DNA of 32,000 nt from Pasteurella multocida. GTDB taxonomy: Bacteria; Pseudomonadota; Gammaproteobacteria; Enterobacterales; Pasteurellaceae. Made by a program: the position numbers and the translations under genes. Location: the NCBI RefSeq assembly GCF_900187275.1, contig NZ_LT906458.1, positions 1,320,001-1,352,000 on the forward strand, written 5' to 3'. Below the pieces are notes generated by a model. That model was not told the origin of the DNA, ran no database searches, and saw only the letters and a list, made by a program, of their open reading frames with translations. Shown here piece by piece: positions 10,350-17,730 of the stretch (position 1 is the first letter of the stretch; every line of letters begins with the position of its first letter).

Positions 10350-10886
10350 ATGCTAAGCTTTTTTAAGACACTCTCAACAAAACGAAGTGCATGGTTTCTA
10401 TTGTTTAGCTCAGCTTTACTATTAGAGGCTATCGCTCTTTATTTTCAACATGGCATGGGGCTCGCCCCTTGTGTCATGTGTATTTACGAGAGGGTAGCTA
10501 TTCTTGGCATTGCTTTCTCCGGTTTATTGGGGTTACTCTACCCGAGTTCGATGCTTTTGCGCCTTGTGGCGTTATTAATTGGTTTAAGCAGTGCAATCAA
10601 AGGCTTAATGATTAGCATCACCCATTTAGATCTACAACTTTACCCTGCACCTTGGAAACAATGTTCAGCGGTGGCAGAATTTCCCGAGACTTTACCCTTA
10701 GATCAGTGGTTTCCTGCACTCTTCCTCCCTTCAGGCTCATGCAGTGAAGTAACATGGCAATTTCTCGGCTTTTCTATGGTGCAATGGATCGTCGTCATTT
10801 TTGCACTCTATACCTTATTACTTGCTCTCATTTTCATCAGCCAAGTCAAACGTCTAAAACCCAAGCAGCGCAGACTCTTTCATTAA
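10350..10886 (+). CDS. dsbB: Disulfide bond formation protein DsbB
   Basis: 178 aa, four predicted TM segments, CVMC periplasmic cysteine pair, second Cys pair C...C in PWKQCSAV...PSGSCSEVTW; synteny with nhaB. Confidence 0.93.
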   Translation: MLSFFKTLSTKRSAWFLLFSSALLLEAIALYFQHGMGLAPCVMCIYERVAILGIAFSGLLGLLYPSSMLLRLVALLIGLSSAIKGLMISITHLDLQLYPAPWKQCSAVAEFPETLPLDQWFPALFLPSGSCSEVTWQFLGFSMVQWIVVIFALYTLLLALIFISQVKRLKPKQRRLFH

Positions 10887-10892
10887 GTCATA

Positions 10893-10920
10893 AAAAATGG
10901 TGCGATAAAGCACCATTTTT
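10893..10920. terminator. Bidirectional terminator between dsbB and the sORF/mltF unit
   Basis: AAAAATGGTGC (10893-10903) GATAAA GCACCATTTTT (10910-10920), 11-bp perfect stem with A and T flanks. Confidence 0.85.
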
Positions 10921-10940
10921 CATTTCTCGTTCGGTATAGA

Positions 10941-11087
10941 TTAAATTTCTTGCACGACAAACTGCAGGGAATGTCTTGCTAATAATCTTGCTTTACGCTG
11001 CTTTAAGCGTTTTAAACGTAATGCGCGTCCTTGTGATAAACGATATAATTTTTTTGTCGGCTTCAAAAAGCTTTTACGTCTCGCCAT
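10941..11087 (-). CDS. Small basic protein, 48 aa, function unknown; not in the supplied ORF track
   Basis: Manual translation: MARRKSFLKPTKKLYRLSQGRALRLKRLKQRKARLLARHSLQFVVQEI*. Preceded by SD-like AGAGGAAG ending 3 nt before the ATG; same strand as mltF and 10 nt downstream of its stop. Confidence 0.7.
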   Translation of the reverse strand: MARRKSFLKPTKKLYRLSQGRALRLKRLKQRKARLLARHSLQFVVQEI

Positions 11088-11097
11088 ACTCTTCCTC

Positions 11098-12576
11098 TTA
11101 TTGTGTCGTTACGGTTGTCGCTAACGTATCCGTTTCTTTCTTGATTTCGTTGATGTTTTCTATTTCGGCGGCTTGTGTATCTAATGTTTCTTCAATTTGT
11201 GCTTGCTGTACCCGATAATAATGCACAATGCTGTTCATATAACGACGGATATTTTCCACATAGTGATATGCTTCATAGCCTCGCGCATACCCGTATTTTA
11301 ACCCCGTGTAATAGCGTTTTTCTGCTAATAGTGGCAAATTCTTCTTCACATCTAACCAATTATCGGGATCACCACCTAGGCTCTTGGTTAAACGGCGCGC
11401 ATCTAACAAATGCCCTAATCCCATATTATACGCCGCTAAGGCAAACCAAATACGCTCATCTTCTTTAATCGTATCAGGCATTTGCGTAATAAGCCAATGT
11501 AAATATTCTGAACCGGCTTTAATACTTTGTTCCGGATCCGTTCTGTCTTGAATTCGCATCCGCTCTGCTGTGGCTTTCGTTAACATCATCATACCTCGTA
11601 CCCCGGTCGGTGAGGTTGCATCAGGATTCCAATGGGACTCTTGATAAGCAATTGCCGCCAATAAACGCCAATCAAGATCGCCTTTATATTTTTCAAAGAG
11701 CGGGGCAAATTTCGGTAAAACCGTTTCTATTGCACGTAGATAGCTACGGGTATCAACATAGTCAAATTGCGCTAAATGATTAAAATATTTTTCTTCAATA
11801 CGCGCAATCAAGCCTGTTTCAATAGCGCTATTCATAAAATCTAATAATGAGGCTTGCAATTCACTATACGAATTACTTGGTAAATACCAATGCACCGTCG
11901 ATTCATCCGTCACATCAAACGCGACCGCTACATTTGGCTTAATTTGTTGCACCGCAGACACATCAATAGAATTCGCGATCACATAGTCAATTTTGCCATC
12001 TGCCATTTGAATCAGCAGTTCTTCCGGAGTAAGTTTTTCATTTACACGCCAGATTAAGTCAGGGTATTTTTCTTTTTCTATTTTTAATAATTCCGTGAGC
12101 TCTGATCCAGAGGCAATACTTAAAGTGCCTTTCAATTCCCCTAGACTACGTGGACGTTCTGTTCCCTTACGGTACACTAACTGCCACGAAGCCGAATTAT
12201 AAGTGGGACCTACTTGGAACATATCTAATTTATTCGGTTGATACAACAAATTCGCCGCCGCAATATCAATTTTATTATTTTTCAGCGCGCTAAAAAGTTC
12301 ATCACCATTTGACATCGCGAGAATTTCGAGATCCACATTAAGATAGTCAGCAAACGCCTTACTCAACTCATACTCAAGTCCCGCCGCTTGTCCTGCATGA
12401 TCAATAAAATAAGAAATCGGATTATTAATTGTTCCCACCACCAACTTACCGCGACTTTGAATCGCAGTATAGCGGTTCTCTTCAGAACGCATGATTTGTT
12501 GCCAAGGAAACACCATATCTATTGCCCATAGCAATAAGGCTACAATCGCAATAATACGTAGAAATAAACCTTTCAA
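11098..12576 (-). CDS. mltF: Membrane-bound lytic murein transglycosylase MltF
   Basis: 492 aa; N-terminal TM, SBP_bac_3-like domain ([33 protein letters not shown]), C-terminal SLT domain ([27 protein letters not shown]). Confidence 0.92.
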   Translation of the reverse strand: MKGLFLRIIAIVALLLWAIDMVFPWQQIMRSEENRYTAIQSRGKLVVGTINNPISYFIDHAGQAAGLEYELSKAFADYLNVDLEILAMSNGDELFSALKNNKIDIAAANLLYQPNKLDMFQVGPTYNSASWQLVYRKGTERPRSLGELKGTLSIASGSELTELLKIEKEKYPDLIWRVNEKLTPEELLIQMADGKIDYVIANSIDVSAVQQIKPNVAVAFDVTDESTVHWYLPSNSYSELQASLLDFMNSAIETGLIARIEEKYFNHLAQFDYVDTRSYLRAIETVLPKFAPLFEKYKGDLDWRLLAAIAYQESHWNPDATSPTGVRGMMMLTKATAERMRIQDRTDPEQSIKAGSEYLHWLITQMPDTIKEDERIWFALAAYNMGLGHLLDARRLTKSLGGDPDNWLDVKKNLPLLAEKRYYTGLKYGYARGYEAYHYVENIRRYMNSIVHYYRVQQAQIEETLDTQAAEIENINEIKKETDTLATTVTTQ

Positions 12577-12769
12577 ATGACCTCTATTGACTCGATAACT
12601 GAAAATTGACGCATTTTAACCATTAAATCCAGATTAGACAAATCAAAAAAGCGTTTCTTTTTTAAACAATTCAAATATCACGATGTCGCAATTCAGAGCT
12701 TAACTTGCCTATTACTCGCCTCATCAATATAATATGTGCCTATTTTTACTCTCTCGTTAGGAGGATAAG

Positions 12770-13396
12770 ATGGATTTTGCGATCTATCTTCAATTCTTTA
12801 TTGGACTCATCGCTTTAGTTAACCCAATAGGGGTTGTGCCAATTTTCTACTCCATGACATCAACCTTGTCAAAAGAGCAACAAAATAGAACTAGCTTCAT
12901 CACCTGTATTTCTATTAGTGTGATCTTATTGGTCAGTTTTTTCTTTGGTAGCTTTATTTTAAATGCGTTTCATATCTCAATTGATTCTTTCCGAATTGCT
13001 GGTGGGATCGTAGTGATTTTAATTGCGTTAACCATGATTAACGGAAAAATCGGTGAGCATAAGATGAATAAAGAGGAAAAAAGTGAAAACTTCGATGACT
13101 ACAATAATATTGCGGTCGTCCCCCTTGCCACGCCAATTATGGCAGGCCCCGGGTCGATTAGTGCGACCATTGTTTTTAGCTCGACACAAAATAGCCTTAT
13201 TAACTATTTCTATTCCTCAATTACGATCATCCTGTTTGGTGTAGGCTGTTATATTTTATTACGTTACTCAAAACCCGTGATTAAACGCTTGGGTAAAACG
13301 GGTTCTAATGTGATCACTCGTATTATGGGATTACTCTTAATGTCGCTTGGTATTGAGATCATTATTGGTGGCTTAAGAAACTTAGGCATTGTTTAA
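12770..13396 (+). CDS. MarC-family (YchE/YhgN-like) integral membrane protein
   Basis: 208 aa; LIALVNPIGVVPIFYSMT, PLATPIMAGPGSISATI, ITRIMGLLLMSLGIEIIIGGL motifs of the MarC family. Confidence 0.88.
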   Translation: MDFAIYLQFFIGLIALVNPIGVVPIFYSMTSTLSKEQQNRTSFITCISISVILLVSFFFGSFILNAFHISIDSFRIAGGIVVILIALTMINGKIGEHKMNKEEKSENFDDYNNIAVVPLATPIMAGPGSISATIVFSSTQNSLINYFYSSITIILFGVGCYILLRYSKPVIKRLGKTGSNVITRIMGLLLMSLGIEIIIGGLRNLGIV

Positions 13397-13734
13397 AAGA
13401 CATCACTCCCTTTAACTCCCCCATATACGGTGAAGTTCAGTTCAGTGCCCTGCCTTTGACTTCACCGTTGTCTAGAAAATGATTTATGATATTTCAACCC
13501 TTTTGCTTTAAAAATGAACTTTCACTTAACTTAACACAATAAATTTAGACAAAAATCAATAAAAACAGAAAAATAATAAATTTAATCTAATAACAACTTA
13601 TTTTTTTAAATAGACAAAAAAAAACGTTTGCATCCGCCTTCACTTCTGTTGAATACTCTTTCCTGTGCCTAAGTGGCAAATTATTATAATAAATCGCAAA
13701 CCAATTAAAACATCATATCTAGAAGGAAATCATT

Positions 13735-15084
13735 ATGTCTCAAGTTGCAACATTAGATGCATTTTTAGAAAGAGTCGCACAACGCGACGGTACGCAACCT
13801 GAATTTTTACAGGCAGTACGTGAAGTATTTACCTCTATCTGGCCTTTTTTAGAAGCTAACCCAAAATATCGTTCACAAGCCCTACTCGAACGCTTAGTTG
13901 AACCTGAACGTGTTATTCAGTTCCGCGTAGCATGGACAGATGATCAAGGTCAAACCCAAGTTAACCGTGCATTCCGCGTGCAATACAACAGTGCAATCGG
14001 TCCTTTCAAAGGAGGAATGCGCTTCCATCCTTCTGTTAATCTTTCCATTTTAAAATTCTTAGGTTTTGAACAAATCTTCAAAAACGCGTTAACCACATTA
14101 CCAATGGGGGGCGGCAAAGGCGGTTCCGATTTCGATCCTAAAGGAAAATCTGACGGTGAAGTCATGCGTTTCTGCCAAGCTTTAATGGCAGAATTATACC
14201 GTCATGTTGGCGCCGATACCGATGTGCCTGCGGGTGATATTGGTGTAGGAGGACGTGAAGTCGGCTATCTAGCAGGTTATATGAAAAAATTATCTAACCA
14301 AGCCGCTTGCGTGTTTACCGGTCGTGGCTTGTCATTCGGTGGCAGTTTAATTCGCCCAGAAGCAACCGGTTATGGTCTAGTCTATTTCGCCCAAGCGATG
14401 CTCGCTGAAAAAGGGCAAAGCTTTGCCGGTAAAACGGTGTCTGTTTCAGGTTCGGGTAACGTGGCGCAATATGCCATTGAAAAAGCGCTGCAATTGGGGG
14501 CAAAAGTCGTAACTTGTTCTGACTCATCTGGTTATGTTTATGATGAAGCCGGTTTCACAACAGAAAAATTAGCTGCATTAATGGAATTGAAAAACGAAAA
14601 ACGCGGTCGAGTGGAAGAATACGCGAAACAATTCGGTTTAAAATACGTAGCAGGCAAAACACCTTGGGAAGTCAAAGTTGATATTGCGCTACCTTGTGCG
14701 ACACAAAACGAATTAGACTTAGCGTCTGCTAATACCTTAATTGCCAATGGCGTACAATTAGTGGCTGAAGGGGCTAACATGCCAACTACTATTGAAGCAA
14801 CAGATGCCTTTTTAGACGCAGGCGTGCTCTTTGGTCCGGGTAAAGCGGCGAATGCTGGCGGTGTAGCAACCTCAGGACTAGAAATGACGCAAAGTTCACA
14901 ACGTTTATACTGGTCTGCGGAAGAAGTCGATAAAAAACTCCACAGTATCATGTTAGATATTCACGCGAACTGTAAAAAATACGGCACGATTGAAGGTCAA
15001 GCCAACATTAATTATGTCGTTGGTGCAAACGTTGCGGGATTCGTCAAAGTTGCCGATGCGATGTTAGCGCAAGGTGTTTACTAA
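13735..15084 (+). CDS. gdhA: NADP-specific glutamate dehydrogenase
   Basis: 449 aa; QYNSAIGPFKGGMRFHPSVNLSILKFLGFEQIFKNALTTLPMGGGKGGSDFDPKGKSDGE, typical hexameric GdhA. Confidence 0.96.
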   Translation: MSQVATLDAFLERVAQRDGTQPEFLQAVREVFTSIWPFLEANPKYRSQALLERLVEPERVIQFRVAWTDDQGQTQVNRAFRVQYNSAIGPFKGGMRFHPSVNLSILKFLGFEQIFKNALTTLPMGGGKGGSDFDPKGKSDGEVMRFCQALMAELYRHVGADTDVPAGDIGVGGREVGYLAGYMKKLSNQAACVFTGRGLSFGGSLIRPEATGYGLVYFAQAMLAEKGQSFAGKTVSVSGSGNVAQYAIEKALQLGAKVVTCSDSSGYVYDEAGFTTEKLAALMELKNEKRGRVEEYAKQFGLKYVAGKTPWEVKVDIALPCATQNELDLASANTLIANGVQLVAEGANMPTTIEATDAFLDAGVLFGPGKAANAGGVATSGLEMTQSSQRLYWSAEEVDKKLHSIMLDIHANCKKYGTIEGQANINYVVGANVAGFVKVADAMLAQGVY

Positions 15085-15106
15085 ACTAAAATAAAAAAAC
15101 ATAGCA

Positions 15107-15158
15107 AAAAAACACCGCACTTTGTTCGTCAAGAAAGGCGCCAAGTGCGGTGTTTTTT
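15107..15158. terminator. Convergent (bidirectional) terminator built from two inverted uptake-signal cores
   Basis: AAAAAACACCGCACTT (15107-15122) is perfectly complementary to AAGTGCGGTGTTTTTT (15143-15158). The 16-bp stem lies between gdhA and the convergent HugZ-like gene, overlapping the latter's stop codon by 2 nt. Confidence 0.88.
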
Positions 15159-15717
15159 ATTGATGTGAGGATGCCTGTCCGTGTCCGTGTCCGTGTCCGT
15201 GTCCGTGTCCGTGTCCGTGTCCGCCACGCAAATGAAGGATTTTTCCATCTTTATCAACATGAAACGCTTGACCAAATCCTTTCACATATAAACTTTGCTT
15301 CGGAGATAAACTGAAAAGTTTAAAATCAGATAAGCAGGCTAAACCATCAATTCGCTCACCATAACGTTGACGTAATGCCGCTAAAAGTTGTTTACCTTCT
15401 TCACTCTCCTTTTCAATCAAGCGCGCCTCTGCATTCGTGGTCAAACGCTTACGCGCAAATAATTCTCTCGCCGTTTTCTCATCTTCAATCAGCATTAAAG
15501 ATACTTTAGGGACTTGCTGCAAATTTCGAGCATGTTTTGCCATTTCTGAAATCAAAACGACATAGCGATCATTATGATAAGCAAAAGGCGCATAGCTGGC
15601 ATTAGGCTCACCCCTTTCATTTACCGTAGCAAGTTGGATCGTTTGGCAAGCATTCCTGAAATCAACAATTTCAGTACTAATTTTGGCTTGTAAAATCTGT
15701 TGACGTTCTTCCGACAT
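15157..15717 (-). CDS. HugZ/HutZ-like heme-utilization (pyridoxamine-phosphate-oxidase fold) protein with (GH)7 C-terminal tail
   Basis: 186 aa; ISTEIVDFRNACQTIQLATVNERGEPNASYAPFAYHNDRYVVLISEMAKHARNL and YVKGFGQAF are typical of the family; C-terminus LRGGHGHGHGHGHGHGHGQASSHQ. Confidence 0.85.
   Translation of the reverse strand: MSEERQQILQAKISTEIVDFRNACQTIQLATVNERGEPNASYAPFAYHNDRYVVLISEMAKHARNLQQVPKVSLMLIEDEKTARELFARKRLTTNAEARLIEKESEEGKQLLAALRQRYGERIDGLACLSDFKLFSLSPKQSLYVKGFGQAFHVDKDGKILHLRGGHGHGHGHGHGHGHGQASSHQ
15181..15222 (-). repeat. Hexanucleotide tandem repeat, 7 perfect units of GTGTCC (GGACAC on the coding strand), plus one imperfect unit CTGTCC at 15175-15180
   Basis: Counted directly; each unit encodes Gly-His. 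Confidence 0.97.
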
Positions 15718-15738
15718 AGTTCCTCCTCAATCAATAAA

Positions 15739-15757
15739 GTTAATGATAATAATTTTT
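15739..15757. promoter_or_regulatory. Fur-box-like site upstream of the HugZ/HutZ-like gene, in the divergent intergenic region
   Basis: GTTAATGATAATAATTTTT matches 15/19 of GATAATGATAATCATTATC. Confidence 0.72.
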
Positions 15758-15895
15758 ATTTGCATAATTATGTAAAAAATGACAAGATTGTCAATGTAAA
15801 TTATTTGTTACATAAAAGTGAGTGTCATTAAAAAAATACACAACAACGACTTTGTTATTTTTCTCTTATTTGGTTTAAAGGAAACTTGTTAAACA

Positions 15896-17590
15896 ATGAT
15901 GGGTAGCCAATTACAAGGATTTTTCACACAATTATTTCACTTAGCACGCATTTTTTGGGGTGATAAAAAGAACTGGTCATCTTGGATTATTTTAGCGACT
16001 GTCATTGCAATTGGTGTCTTTATTGTTTCCTTAAATGTCATGATCAATGATTGGAGCAAACATTTTTATGACACCTTAGCAGAATTAAACGTCCAGCTTA
16101 TTTTGCCTCTTATTCAAGAATATTTAATTTATGTCGCACTTTATATTTTAGTCAGCGTTTATCGGAGCTGGTTACGTAAGCTGTTGATTATTCGCTGGCG
16201 CCAAGCCATGACAGAACACTTTGTCGAACGTTGGTTTAGTAAAAAAATTTTTTATAAATTGGCACAAGAAAATAAAATGGATAATCCCGATCAACGTATC
16301 GCAGAAGATATTCACTTATTTGCCAAATACAGTCTAGAGCTCACCGTATCCTTTGTCCTCAATTTCGTCCAATTAGGTTCTTTTTTAATGATCCTGTGGA
16401 ATCTTTCCGGTTCCCCAACATTCAACTTGTTTGGATATGATATTGTTATCAAAGGTTACTTAGTATGGGTTGCCATTATTTATGCGTTTTTAGGGAGTGT
16501 TGTTACCCATTTAATTGGTCGTAAGCTTCATCCACTCAATTATAGTCAACAAGTTTACGAAGCCACTTTCCGTGGAAATTTAGTACGTCGTCATGAACAT
16601 GCCGAGCAAATTGCGTTATATGGTGGAGAGCAAACAGAAAAACGTAAATTGGCTGATGAGTTTGCGCATATTGTCAAAAATTGGCGAGCGATTATGGATA
16701 AAGAACGTAATCTTGGTTTCTTTACAGTAGGCTACTCTCGCTTTAGCTCAATGTTACCTGTCCTTTGTGCAATTCCCTTACTGTTGCTTAAAATTATTAC
16801 TTTTGGTGGCTTAATGCAGATCCGCAGTGCTTTTGGTACTGTATTAAGTTCATTAAGTTGGTTTATTTATGCTTATACCATTTTACCCGAGTGGTCTGCC
16901 ACCATTTCACGTTTAGCGCAATTTAACCGAGAAATTGAACAATTCGAAAAATCCTACTGCACACCACAGTCACCAAAAAAAGCGATGATCTCAGTTGAAA
17001 ACCTTTCAATGTTTACTTCTGATCATCAGCTACTCTTAAAAAATATCCAGTTTTCTGTACAAGAAAAAGAATGGCTACATTTAAAAGGACAAAGTGGTTT
17101 AGGAAAATCCAGTTTATTACGCACGTTATGTGGTATTTGGCAATATTATTCGGGAAAATATCAAATATGCCTGAAAAATCATTTATTTATTCCACAAAAA
17201 ACTTATTTAAATGAAGGTAATCTCGCCGAATTATTACGTTATCCAAATCAACATCACTATTCACCACAAGAACTTAATCAAGTGCTTAACCTTGTGGGCT
17301 TAGAGAAATGGCAGAATCGCTTAGAGGAAGTATTACCTTGGCATATTGTTTTATCACATGGTGAGCAACAACGCTTAGCCTTTGCACGTATTCTTCTCAC
17401 TAAACCCCAACTCTTATGCTTAGATGAGGCGACTTCAAATTTAGATGAAACCTCTGCCCTCTTATTAATGCAATTAATTCGTGAGCAATTACCAAATACC
17501 ACTGTGATTTTTACTTCACATCAAACCAAAATAAGTCAATTGGCTGATCGAGAAGTGGATTTAAATAGTTATTTACCAGAACAGAACTAA
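15896..17590 (+). CDS. SbmA/BacA-like (YddA-type) fused permease/ATP-binding ABC transporter
   Basis: 564 aa; N-terminal SbmA/BacA-like TM domain (NDWSKHFYDTLAELN...LRKLLIIRWRQAMTEHFVERWFSKKIFYKLAQENKMDNPDQRIAEDIHLFAKYSLEL), C-terminal NBD (Walker A GQSGLGKSS, LSHGEQQRLAFARILL, LLCLDEATSNLD). Confidence 0.85.
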   Translation: MMGSQLQGFFTQLFHLARIFWGDKKNWSSWIILATVIAIGVFIVSLNVMINDWSKHFYDTLAELNVQLILPLIQEYLIYVALYILVSVYRSWLRKLLIIRWRQAMTEHFVERWFSKKIFYKLAQENKMDNPDQRIAEDIHLFAKYSLELTVSFVLNFVQLGSFLMILWNLSGSPTFNLFGYDIVIKGYLVWVAIIYAFLGSVVTHLIGRKLHPLNYSQQVYEATFRGNLVRRHEHAEQIALYGGEQTEKRKLADEFAHIVKNWRAIMDKERNLGFFTVGYSRFSSMLPVLCAIPLLLLKIITFGGLMQIRSAFGTVLSSLSWFIYAYTILPEWSATISRLAQFNREIEQFEKSYCTPQSPKKAMISVENLSMFTSDHQLLLKNIQFSVQEKEWLHLKGQSGLGKSSLLRTLCGIWQYYSGKYQICLKNHLFIPQKTYLNEGNLAELLRYPNQHHYSPQELNQVLNLVGLEKWQNRLEEVLPWHIVLSHGEQQRLAFARILLTKPQLLCLDEATSNLDETSALLLMQLIREQLPNTTVIFTSHQTKISQLADREVDLNSYLPEQN

Positions 17591-17652
17591 ATTCCCTTTT
17601 AATGCTTTTTTATATGATTTCAACAAGTTAAAAATTGATTAAAAAAATACAC

Positions 17653-17680
17653 TTGACATCCCCTTTTTATTAAAGATAAT
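17653..17680 (+). promoter_or_regulatory. Putative sigma70 promoter of the TonB-dependent receptor
   Basis: TTGACA (17653-17658), 16-nt spacer, GATAAT (17675-17680). Confidence 0.6.
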
Positions 17681-17693
17681 GAGAATCGTTTTT
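17675..17693 (+). promoter_or_regulatory. Fur-box-like site upstream of the TonB-dependent receptor
   Basis: GATAATGAGAATCGTTTTT matches 15/19 of GATAATGATAATCATTATC and covers the putative -10 element. Confidence 0.8.
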
Positions 17694-17730
17694 ATTTAGA
17701 TTTAACATTAATTTAACAAAAGGAAATGTC

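Noticed and set aside
11175-11468. 97-aa and 80-aa (10976-11218) + strand ORFs over mltF and the small ORF
   Set aside because: Overlap confident mltF. The + strand ORF at 10976 also overlaps the better supported minus-strand 48-aa ORF with its SD.
13428-13467. CGGTGAAGT...ACTTCACCG inverted repeat downstream of the MarC-family gene
   Set aside because: 9-bp stem with a 22-nt loop and no T tract; too weak to call a terminator.
14107-14112. Run of G residues in gdhA as a phase-variable tract
   Set aside because: Only about six Gs in a conserved Gly-rich motif (MGGGKGG); no reason to infer phase variation.
14538-14951. 137-aa ORF antisense to gdhA
   Set aside because: Fully antisense to strongly conserved gdhA, and other antisense ORFs (13950-14165, 14315-14527) occur in the same gene. 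Codon-bias shadow is the better explanation.
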